This document shows, in pieces, positions 49,516 through 57,722 of a DNA stretch of 64,000 bases (positions within the stretch are counted from its first letter, which is position 1; every line of letters starts with the position of its first letter). Under the pieces are notes generated by a model. That model did not search any database. It saw only the letters and a program-made list of their open reading frames with translations, and was not told the origin of the DNA. This DNA is from a virus. The position numbers and the translations under genes are program-made. The stretch lies in IMG/VR virus record IMGVR_UViG_3300042453_005424, positions 1-64,000 of that record; one strand, given 5' to 3'.

Positions 49516-50688
49516 ATGTCATTGGCCATCGAATCAGCAAAACTAACGAGAATAGAAGAAATATTAGTCACCCGAGAAACTTCTCCAGTTGAAAATCCAC
49601 CTCCGAAACTGACTCAATATAAAAACTCGGTATGGGAAGGAGAGAGCGCGCCTACCGAATACACAATCGCTAAGTTTATCGAAACAGAGCAATCCAGAAC
49701 TCATTCAGACGAATTAGTCTCTTCCAAGGCTTCAACAGTATCTAGCAAGCCAGTTAAAGGCATACTCGATATAAACTGGGCGAATCCGAGGGATTGGGTT
49801 AGAAACTGGAAAGTTATTCCTCTCGACGAAAGACTGCTTATAAAAACATTGTTTACCTCACCACTAGCCAAAAACGGAAATCGCTACGGGCTAAAGCGGT
49901 TTAATCTCGGAAGTCATCTAATGCAGTGCATAGGAGTCGATATGACCAACATTATCGGAAACGGTATTTGTGCTGTGAAATCGAATCTAATAAACGAGCT
50001 GGGATACTATAGCGATTACTGCGCGAACAACCGGGCCATGGATCCTAAAACCTGCCGAAGGGCTTTTGCTAAATTCATGAAAGACAACAATCCTCAAAAA
50101 CTGTTCGAATCTGGGTATGTAGCCTTTCACGCTGTTGTAAACTCCGGAGAAACCTTGAAACACTTGGATAACGATATCGAAAGCTATAAGAAGAAATTAT
50201 GGAGCTTTTACGGAAAAAACTGTAAAGTTTTCCGAAAGCTGAAAAAGAAAAAACTGGTTTCCTATATGATTTATGTTCACGAAATGTCTACTCGAAATCT
50301 TTTGAGCAAAGAGTTGAACCCGCATACGCACGTTATGTTCTTTTTCAAAGACCCTGGGCTCGGAGGTTCAGAGCTTGAATGGATGAGCCGTGAGATTGTC
50401 CGAGAGTTCAACAATATCTCTGAAGAAGGAATTATGAGTCCTAGCACCGAAGTAGTCGGGGACTCGGGCGAAAGAGCTGTTCGAGTAGCAAAAAAGTGGA
50501 ACTCGAACACGAAGAAATCCGTAGGCTACTATTTCAGGGTATGTTCCACAGTAGAAAACTACCTGAAAGAAATAACCCCGGAAAACATACGAGAATTAAA
50601 TATAGCCACTCGCGAAAATTGGTGGGTAGTTCGTCAACTTATGAGTGGAAAGTCCCAGCGGAGATTCGGTTATACAAGAATACGTTAG
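49516..50688 (+). CDS. HUH endonuclease, rolling-circle Rep-like (Rep_1/IS91-type motif order)
   Basis: YC.NNR.MDP..C, motif I-like FHAVVN, motif II HEMST...NPHTHVMF, motif III-like VGYYFR and terminal GKSQRRFGY; ATG 49516. Confidence 0.6.
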   Translation: MSLAIESAKLTRIEEILVTRETSPVENPPPKLTQYKNSVWEGESAPTEYTIAKFIETEQSRTHSDELVSSKASTVSSKPVKGILDINWANPRDWVRNWKVIPLDERLLIKTLFTSPLAKNGNRYGLKRFNLGSHLMQCIGVDMTNIIGNGICAVKSNLINELGYYSDYCANNRAMDPKTCRRAFAKFMKDNNPQKLFESGYVAFHAVVNSGETLKHLDNDIESYKKKLWSFYGKNCKVFRKLKKKKLVSYMIYVHEMSTRNLLSKELNPHTHVMFFFKDPGLGGSELEWMSREIVREFNNISEEGIMSPSTEVVGDSGERAVRVAKKWNSNTKKSVGYYFRVCSTVENYLKEITPENIRELNIATRENWWVVRQLMSGKSQRRFGYTRIR

Positions 50689-50758
50689 AAACAAGCGCGA
50701 ACCAGTTTTGTTAAATAAAAGTTTTTACCTAGGCTTTCGAGCACGCACATCTACTTTG

Positions 50759-50787
50759 TTGCAAACCACAAAAGATTTCGATACAAT
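50759..50787 (+). promoter_or_regulatory. Sigma70-type promoter for the plus-strand cargo operon
   Basis: TTGCAA-17 nt-TACAAT. Confidence 0.65.
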
Positions 50788-50827
50788 TATAAAAACCGGA
50801 GCATACCCAAATTTTAACCAACAAACC

Positions 50828-52810
50828 ATGCACATTGATTCAACACACGCTCACTCGCCGGAAAACGCCGAACTGAACAACACTATGGAAAAAGCGTCTC
50901 AAGAAAAAAAGGCGGTTACCTTAATAGAAGCCGCCATCGCGCCATTCTTAACCGGAGCTGTCGGAGCAGGAATTGGGGCTTTAGCCAACAAGGAGGATCG
51001 ATCCGCTGGGGCACGGCGAGGAGCGTTAGTCGGAGCCTCGCTGCCTCTAGGAGCACTCGGCGGTATAGTAGCTTCTGGAAATACCGGCGCTTTGGCAGGA
51101 CCGTTAGCCGGGGCAGCTTTGGCTGGAGGAATAACACATCATCTCACAGGAAAGAATAAAACGGATGAGCGCCCGAAAGCTTCAGAGCTATCCGAAGAAG
51201 AAATCCTAGCTCAGCTCAACAGCACCGATCTGAGCAATTCGGAATTCGAACGAGGATTCAAAGAAGCTTGCGTAGAACTAGGTGCGGACCGAGAGTTCGC
51301 CGAAGGCTTTATCGCTCAAACAACAAAAGAAGCTGAAATCGCTGAAGGGCAGTATTTAAACCATGTTCAAAACGAGCTTTCGAAGCTCGCTGAAGAATTC
51401 GGTGAAAACGCCAGCTTTTCCATAAGCGAAATCAACGAGTTTACTAAATCCATGAGCTTGTTTAAAGAGGCTGCGGAGAAAGAAGCAAGAATGTTCTGGA
51501 AAGGCCTCGAAGAAGAACTTCAAAAGCAAGGATACGACAGAGATTTTGTGGATGGAATGAAGTATGAGCTTACCTCCACGGAGTTAAATTCGATTATAGA
51601 GAATAACTTTGAAAAAAGTGCTAGCATGGGTTCTTTTTTAAGAATGGCTCTGAGTCCAACACTTTGGAAACGTCCAGGAGCGCAGCTTAAAGGAATAGGC
51701 GCCGGAATCACAAGTGGTGCGAAAGGAGTTCAGAAGTTCGTGAGTGATTTGGCAAAAGCTCCGGGCGGAGCCGTAACCAACCAAGCAGGCGAGGCTGTTA
51801 TGCACAGTTCCGCGCCAAAACATATTCCGGGCTCGAGAACCAAAGCTTACGCAGATGCTTACGAAGCAGCTCTCGGAGCAAAGCCGCTTGCCCCGAAAGG
51901 CCAAGGAATAATAGACTCAGCAAGAGACTCGGCTATTTCACAAGGAAGCACTGCACTTAGAAGAACAGGTGACGATGCTTTTCAGCAGGAAATGTATAAC
52001 CTGAGCCGTGAAGCCAGAAATAGCGGCCCTGGGGGCGCTGCGGCCCGGGATGCTCTCGATAGGTTAGGAAAAGGAGACTTCGGAGGGATTGCCGGGCGAA
52101 TGGGTATGGACCCGACAAAAATGAACCAGTTCGCAGGAATGAGCGCAGATGATATACGTAGAGCTAACATTCCGTCCGAGGATGTGCTCGGAGCGGCTCA
52201 GCGATACGGGGCCGATGCGACTGCGTCCGGGTTTAACATGAGTGGAATACCTATGCCTAAAATGAACCCGAACGTGTTTCACGGAGGAGCCCCTAATCGT
52301 TGGTTTAGATTTTCTCCAGGAAAAGCTATGGGTTACGGGCTTACCGGAGCGCTAGGCGGGTCTATGCTCGGACCTCTAGGAACTGTGGCAGGAGGGCTGG
52401 GCGGAGCAGCTCTCGGAGGCTTGGGTGTGGGGGGAGCAGCCCTCGGAACCGGAGCCGCGGCAGCAGCAGGAACCTACGGGGCTGGAAAAGTCCTAGGGCT
52501 CTGGGGGAAAGACAAAGCTACCGATTTGAGCGGCGCCCCAACGGACCGGAATAGAGCTATTCCGATGCTTAAAAACAATTGGACCGGAGGCGTGGGTGGT
52601 CTCATAGTTGCGAGTTTGCTCGCGAATCAATTAGGGCTTCAAGGACCTATGGCATGGATTGTTCCTCTCCTGGGCGGAGTGCTTGGGTACAACTATTTTC
52701 CGCAGCTTATGAACAAATGGAAAGACCCTTACGGCTACGGAGCAAACGCAGTCTCGGGCGGAGCAGCTTTCCAGAACGCGGCCTCGCCGATAACTCCTAG
52801 GCAACCATGA
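50828..52810 (+). CDS. Large putative head-packaged glycine-zipper membrane protein
   Basis: Four FxxG[FLM] helices, EKKA/TKEA/EKSA sites, and several Gly-zippers including GYGLTGALGGSMLGPLGTVAGGLGGAALGGLGVGGAALG. Start moved downstream of the promoter (50828, or 50885). Confidence 0.65.
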   Translation: MHIDSTHAHSPENAELNNTMEKASQEKKAVTLIEAAIAPFLTGAVGAGIGALANKEDRSAGARRGALVGASLPLGALGGIVASGNTGALAGPLAGAALAGGITHHLTGKNKTDERPKASELSEEEILAQLNSTDLSNSEFERGFKEACVELGADREFAEGFIAQTTKEAEIAEGQYLNHVQNELSKLAEEFGENASFSISEINEFTKSMSLFKEAAEKEARMFWKGLEEELQKQGYDRDFVDGMKYELTSTELNSIIENNFEKSASMGSFLRMALSPTLWKRPGAQLKGIGAGITSGAKGVQKFVSDLAKAPGGAVTNQAGEAVMHSSAPKHIPGSRTKAYADAYEAALGAKPLAPKGQGIIDSARDSAISQGSTALRRTGDDAFQQEMYNLSREARNSGPGGAAARDALDRLGKGDFGGIAGRMGMDPTKMNQFAGMSADDIRRANIPSEDVLGAAQRYGADATASGFNMSGIPMPKMNPNVFHGGAPNRWFRFSPGKAMGYGLTGALGGSMLGPLGTVAGGLGGAALGGLGVGGAALGTGAAAAAGTYGAGKVLGLWGKDKATDLSGAPTDRNRAIPMLKNNWTGGVGGLIVASLLANQLGLQGPMAWIVPLLGGVLGYNYFPQLMNKWKDPYGYGANAVSGGAAFQNAASPITPRQP

Positions 52811-53388
52811 TGTATCTCCACCTAGATTCTTTTATTGCCGGGGTTGTGCAAGGACTTAAAAAGGAAGCCGGTGTGGACATGGGTGCTATGCCTATAAACG
52901 AAAATATCCTCCCGAATATCTCTTCTCAAGCCAAATGGAGATATGTAAAAACAAAAGATGGTCTTCGGCTTACGGATGGAAATCACGTGTATACTTTCGG
53001 AATTCCTGAAGAATACCCTCAAGAGAGCTCTAGAGTTCTTCGAATGAACGACGAAAATTTATTGAATTTCGAGGCCGACGCTCTCTCGAAAGGAACCGCA
53101 CAAATACATCGTGCCTCTCCTGACAATATATATCTTACTTTGGCCGACGGAGAAAAAAATCCTACCTTCGCACTTCAGCACGAAACAGAGAAGCAATGGC
53201 GGTATACTCCATCTAAAAAGTTTGTGGAAAAATTGCGAGCCTCTGGTGCTCCAGTCAGTGCGCCCTCTTCTCTCAGTGAAACCGAGAAAAGCCATGCCGG
53301 GGAAAATTTAACGCTAATCAGCCCAGAAAGCCTTTTGGATGGAGGAAAGGACGAGCTCAGAAATTCTTTTGAACCTTCGAGAGGCTAA
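52807..53388 (+). CDS. Putative head-packaged protein
   Basis: N-terminal SFIAGVVQGLKKEA motif. Confidence 0.55.
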   Translation: MMYLHLDSFIAGVVQGLKKEAGVDMGAMPINENILPNISSQAKWRYVKTKDGLRLTDGNHVYTFGIPEEYPQESSRVLRMNDENLLNFEADALSKGTAQIHRASPDNIYLTLADGEKNPTFALQHETEKQWRYTPSKKFVEKLRASGAPVSAPSSLSETEKSHAGENLTLISPESLLDGGKDELRNSFEPSRG

Positions 53389-53394
53389 AGCGCC

Positions 53395-53787
53395 ATGAAC
53401 AAAACAGCTTTTCCAGAGTTAAATACTTCTCCTTTTAGTATCGGAGGAAGATCTCCATACGGGCGCCCTCTTATGGGACCTGACATGATTAGCGATCCGG
53501 TTAAAGTTATGCAGCTCGTAAGTCAAGACAAAGGGATATCCCGCGGGCAAAAACAATCAGTTATTACTATGCTTAATTCTCCGGAATTCGTGGACCATAT
53601 ACTGGTAGGTGCTGCCGGAGCAGCGTTAGGGAATGCTATAGCCAAATATTCAAATATACCTCAACCGGCTAGAACTTTGTTGAGCTTGGCGGGCTTCGGA
53701 ATAGGTAATATAATATACAACACATTACAAAACAGAGAATTTATTTCTTATGACCAAGAAACAGCCAAAGCAAAAATAAAATTATAA
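53395..53787 (+). CDS. Putative head-packaged two-TM protein
   Basis: Begins MNKTA; ILVGAAGAALG and LLSLAGFGIG segments. Confidence 0.55.
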   Translation: MNKTAFPELNTSPFSIGGRSPYGRPLMGPDMISDPVKVMQLVSQDKGISRGQKQSVITMLNSPEFVDHILVGAAGAALGNAIAKYSNIPQPARTLLSLAGFGIGNIIYNTLQNREFISYDQETAKAKIKL

Positions 53788-53791
53788 AATT

Positions 53792-54148
53792 ATGGAATTA
53801 ACAGAATATTCATCAGCAATTAAAAACGAGCTAGCTTTGGAGTTAGCTAAAAATGGCCACACGCTCGAAGATTTCGAAAACGGTCTAGCTTCCTTGAACA
53901 CAGGCGAAGGTGTTTTAAAAGTTGCTACAATCGAGGCCGGACTACTTCCGGGAGTTTTGAGCGGTGTTCAACAAGCTCCGGGACTCATATTCAAAACATT
54001 TGCCGCTGGTGGAGCTTTAGGAGGTTTAGCTGCGGACGAAATGGACAGCTCTGTAGACGAATTGAATAAATCGCTTGACCGAGAGCGTGAAAAGATTAAA
54101 TTAGTCAAAAGAATCACTGAAAACTTAAAGAGAGAGCATGGGTTATAA
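53792..54148 (+). CDS. Putative head-packaged small membrane protein
   Basis: LKVA site, FAAGGALGGLAA and a C-terminal coiled coil. Confidence 0.55.
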   Translation: MELTEYSSAIKNELALELAKNGHTLEDFENGLASLNTGEGVLKVATIEAGLLPGVLSGVQQAPGLIFKTFAAGGALGGLAADEMDSSVDELNKSLDREREKIKLVKRITENLKREHGL

Positions 54149-54533
54149 TCAAGACTACACAGCAAAACAGTCCGAAGCCACCGAGCACTTTGATTTCGGG
54201 AGTTCGTCAGGCGACCCGCTTAATTCCGTAAGCAGAAAACGAAACATCCGAAACGAAGTGACTAACAAGGGAGGATTCGACCCTGAGGTAATCATCGATG
54301 CGTTCGAAAAATCTAGAGGAATTCGCTCCCGGCAAAAGAACGAGTTAGAAAATTATAAATTTAAAAACATTATATTAGACCCTGAGAAACAAAAGGATCA
54401 AGATATGCTTAATGAGTTGATGAACAATAAGAAATATCTTATTACTTTATGGAAAGACACGTGGACGCAGCAGGGAAGTTTTCGAGTATTTATTATATAC
54501 GGCGCGAAAGAAGACGAATCAGCTAAAACGTAA
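54138..54533 (+). CDS. Hypothetical protein
   Basis: 131-aa ORF overlapping the upstream stop. Confidence 0.55.
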   Translation: MGYNQDYTAKQSEATEHFDFGSSSGDPLNSVSRKRNIRNEVTNKGGFDPEVIIDAFEKSRGIRSRQKNELENYKFKNIILDPEKQKDQDMLNELMNNKKYLITLWKDTWTQQGSFRVFIIYGAKEDESAKT

Positions 54534-54627
54534 CAAAAATCTCGGGCGAAGAATCATTTCGAGCCGGACTGCGTAGAATTTGATTTACTTATAAACACCT
54601 ATAATTGTATACTGTAGATGAATACTT

Positions 54628-55809
54628 ATGAACGAACAGATCCGGAATTTATTAAAAAAATCGCGTTGTTGGGAAGGTTATAAGCCTGTTCCAGGTAAAA
54701 AGCCTTATACCAAAGATTCTTGTGCGCCGGTGGAAAAGAAGGACCCGGAGAAAGCAGGTAGCACCAACATTCCACTCTCACCTGAAGAGAGCTATCTGGC
54801 TTCGCAGTTAATAGGAAAAAGTCTTTTTAGCGCTATCCAATTAGCTAAAGAAAAAGAAAGACAACAGAACATTTTAAGCCAAGAGCTGATAGGTGCAGAC
54901 GGGGGAGATATATTACGTATTCCTATACCTAAGAAACTTCTGCCTAATCCTACAGGGCAGAAACAAGCCTCTCATACTCCTTCGCCAGAAGCTATGTCAG
55001 CTATGCAGGATTTAATAGCTTATAATAATTATGTTCGTAAACACGGTAATCCTGATGCTTATGATGAAAAAATAAGACGAGGATTAGATCCGTTACTTAA
55101 TAGGGTTTCGATGTCGCAGGGTAACCTGCACCGTTTAGGTGATGCCGGGATTATGTCTATTTTTCCTTTTGGAAAAGCACATAAACAAAGAAAACAATAC
55201 GACCAAGACATAGACTGGATCAATAGCGAGTTGAAGAAATCCGCAAACGACGATTATTCTGATGCGCTTCACACGAACCACGAACCTGGTGTTTTAGCCC
55301 GAGCGCTGAAGTTAAATACACACCCTGTTAAAAAAATAATGGGAATGCAGAGCGGATTTCGCGACGCTAAAAAAGAATTTTATTTCCAAGAAAAAGCGCA
55401 AATTGCCCAAGAGCTGATGAATGCTCAAAAAGAATACATTGAGCTTCTGGAAAGAATCAAAACCGGTGAAGAAAAGCTCGGTAAAGCCTCGAGTACTCCA
55501 TGTGTTGACGCTTTTTGCAACGGAATAGCCCATAGCGCGCTTTTTGGAGAGGAGGCTGCGGCAAAAACCGCTGGTGCTGAAAACGTGGATATCTCCGACG
55601 GATCAATAAACCGTCTGCTGAAAGATACTTTTAGCGCAGTGAAAAAACCTTTTCAACCTGCGGTAGATACTGCGGCAAGCGGGTTACTTGCCACTTCGGC
55701 TGGAACAGCATATTTAACATATTTATTGCGTAAAAGAATGCGTGAAGAACCTGAAAAATATATGCAGGAAAAATTGCCTACCAGAGTGGAGCTGCAGCCT
55801 TATGAGTAA
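54628..55809 (+). CDS. Putative head-packaged protein with an N-terminal CWEGY module and a C-terminal TM segment
   Basis: KKSRCWEGYKPVPGKKPYTKDSC; QKQA, KKSA and AKTA sites; AFCNGI helix; GLLATSAGTAYLTYLL. Confidence 0.6.
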   Translation: MNEQIRNLLKKSRCWEGYKPVPGKKPYTKDSCAPVEKKDPEKAGSTNIPLSPEESYLASQLIGKSLFSAIQLAKEKERQQNILSQELIGADGGDILRIPIPKKLLPNPTGQKQASHTPSPEAMSAMQDLIAYNNYVRKHGNPDAYDEKIRRGLDPLLNRVSMSQGNLHRLGDAGIMSIFPFGKAHKQRKQYDQDIDWINSELKKSANDDYSDALHTNHEPGVLARALKLNTHPVKKIMGMQSGFRDAKKEFYFQEKAQIAQELMNAQKEYIELLERIKTGEEKLGKASSTPCVDAFCNGIAHSALFGEEAAAKTAGAENVDISDGSINRLLKDTFSAVKKPFQPAVDTAASGLLATSAGTAYLTYLLRKRMREEPEKYMQEKLPTRVELQPYE

Positions 55810-56161
55810 CCTCAAAGCAGCTTTTAACGCGGGGTTTTTAAAACGTGCCGAGGCTCGAGGTTTTCGAGAAGATCAGGCAGCCATGCTTCTAGGCAAAACA
55901 GCAGGAAACGGTGCATTGATAGGACGATTAATGAGTACAGCAAAAAACCTCCACAATGTTTGGCCAGCCATGTCTAAAACAAGCCCTGCGGCATACGATA
56001 AAATGTATAATACGTATAATACACTCAAAGGGCTCATGAGCCAGGGAATAGCTCCCAAAACAAACCCTAGCAGAAGAACAATACAGGCTGATTATACTAG
56101 GCTGTTGAAACACCGAGTGAATAATTTGAATCCCCAGGCGAGCAAACTTCAATCAAAGTAA
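55802..56161 (+). CDS. Putative head-packaged basic protein
   Basis: From ATG 55802: MSNLKAAFNAGFLKRAEARGF...GKTA. Confidence 0.6.
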   Translation: MSNLKAAFNAGFLKRAEARGFREDQAAMLLGKTAGNGALIGRLMSTAKNLHNVWPAMSKTSPAAYDKMYNTYNTLKGLMSQGIAPKTNPSRRTIQADYTRLLKHRVNNLNPQASKLQSK

Positions 56162-56168
56162 CTGCACA

Positions 56169-56792
56169 ATGAATTTAGACTGGACTGCATGCAATAAAGG
56201 AATAGCTGATGAACTAGAGAAACACGCCCGCTGGGGAGCTATTGGTAACGCAGCTAAGCAAGTTTTTAATTTAGGCAGAAAAGCTTTTTTACCTGCAGCC
56301 GCCGCTGGTGGTGCTTTTACGTTAGGAAAAGGTTTGTATAACAAATATAGGGATATCACAGGAACTATAGACGGTGTAGGAAATGCTATAAACAAGCTGG
56401 CTCCGGTAGGCCTTATGGCTATGCTGGCATCAGGTATGCGCAAAAGCGCACCCCAACTTCCCACACCTGCGCCTAGAGGAGCCTTTGATGCTAAGTCTTT
56501 ATTGGGTGTTAACCCTGCCGGGGTGTCTACACTAACCTCACCTAAAGTAGGTCCTATGAATATAAAAATTGCGAATCCTCTTTATGACCCTTTGCTTTGG
56601 GCTGCGAGAAATCGCGTAGCTAACCATGTTTTAAACGAAGTAACAAAGACAAGTCCGTCAGGGGCTGGTGAAAGAGCAAAACTAACCGAAGAAAATCCTA
56701 AAAAAATTGAATTAACCTCTAAATATCCTGAGCTTGCAAAGTTATTAGAAGACGAAGAAAACAAAGCTTATTTAAACAAATTGCTAGCATAA
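56169..56792 (+). CDS. Putative head-packaged membrane protein
   Basis: ACNKGIADELEKHA, then FLPAAAAGGAFTLG and VGLMAMLASG. Confidence 0.6.
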   Translation: MNLDWTACNKGIADELEKHARWGAIGNAAKQVFNLGRKAFLPAAAAGGAFTLGKGLYNKYRDITGTIDGVGNAINKLAPVGLMAMLASGMRKSAPQLPTPAPRGAFDAKSLLGVNPAGVSTLTSPKVGPMNIKIANPLYDPLLWAARNRVANHVLNEVTKTSPSGAGERAKLTEENPKKIELTSKYPELAKLLEDEENKAYLNKLLA

Positions 56793-56802
56793 TAATAATT
56801 GC

Positions 56803-56831
56803 TTGCACTGATGCTCCGGAAAGATTAGTTT
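56803..56831 (+). promoter_or_regulatory. Possible sigma70-type promoter
   Basis: TTGCAC-17 nt-TAGTTT. Confidence 0.4.
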
Positions 56832-56841
56832 AATTTTAATT

Positions 56842-57069
56842 ATGCCGGCAGAAAATAAGCAAATATATATCCCAGAGCTGTTCGTCAAAGGAACATACAT
56901 AGAAGAAGTGGGTACAGCACAAGATAAAGTGGTTTATCCAGGAGCGGAATTCAACATAGCGTTAACTATGAAAGATTTTGAAAATTCGGAAGATTACCAC
57001 ACAGTATGGATAGCGATAACAAAAGCGATTAAATCAAAACTAAACAATGGAAACCTCACCTGCCCCTAA
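56842..57069 (+). CDS. Hypothetical protein
   Basis: 75-aa ORF upstream of the beta-N gene. Confidence 0.5.
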   Translation: MPAENKQIYIPELFVKGTYIEEVGTAQDKVVYPGAEFNIALTMKDFENSEDYHTVWIAITKAIKSKLNNGNLTCP

Positions 57070-57712
57070 AAATACGCGAGCACTTTTTGACCCAGAAAAT
57101 TTGCGTAATATGTTGTTTGAAACTGCTGTAAGCAGTTTTGATAAAAAGTTAAATGCTATCGAAACGCCAGACTTTAAATTAGTCGCTAAAAATTTAACAG
57201 TTGAGGTCCCGCAGATAACTATATCAGCGCAAAAAAAAGCTATTTTAGAAAAAAAGGATCTAACCGTACCACTCAAAGGAACCGTAGATCTTATACATAA
57301 GCCGACAGGAAAAGTGGTAGAAACCAAGAAAACAACGATTGCGCAAATTCCGTATGTAACAAATCATAATACTGTAATATATAATGGTTCAGAGTATGAG
57401 CCTGTTAACCAACAACGGCTTCTCCCAGGTATATACTCCAGAATAAGGCAAGACGGTATAGCTGAAGCCCACATCAATCCTGAAAGTAGAACAGGTATGG
57501 CTGGCAGGATATTGTTTTTGCCGGATAAACAACTATTCGTTTTTATGGTGAGAAATTCTCAAATAAAGCTCTACGGAATTTTACACGACCTAGGAATACC
57601 TGACGCTATGATAAAAAAAGCTTGGGGAGAAAAAATTTACTCAGCTAATAGAATATTTTATACAGGAGATGAAATTGACAAGCTCTACGGTGTGCTTATC
57701 GGAGATGAATGA
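57047..57712 (+). CDS. rpoB: Phage RNA polymerase beta N-terminal fragment
   Basis: LTVPLKGTVDL..K.TG...IPYVTNHNTVIYNGSEY...QQRLLPGIY parallels RpoB IPLMT..GTF.INGTERV..SQL.RSPGV; ILHDLG parallels ILRAL. Confidence 0.85.
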   Translation: METSPAPKNTRALFDPENLRNMLFETAVSSFDKKLNAIETPDFKLVAKNLTVEVPQITISAQKKAILEKKDLTVPLKGTVDLIHKPTGKVVETKKTTIAQIPYVTNHNTVIYNGSEYEPVNQQRLLPGIYSRIRQDGIAEAHINPESRTGMAGRILFLPDKQLFVFMVRNSQIKLYGILHDLGIPDAMIKKAWGEKIYSANRIFYTGDEIDKLYGVLIGDE

Positions 57713-57722
57713 TATTATGTAG

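Noticed and set aside
49305-49571. 88-aa minus-strand ORF
   Set aside because: It overlaps the Rep-like gene's promoter, hairpins and start on the opposite strand and has no supporting features.
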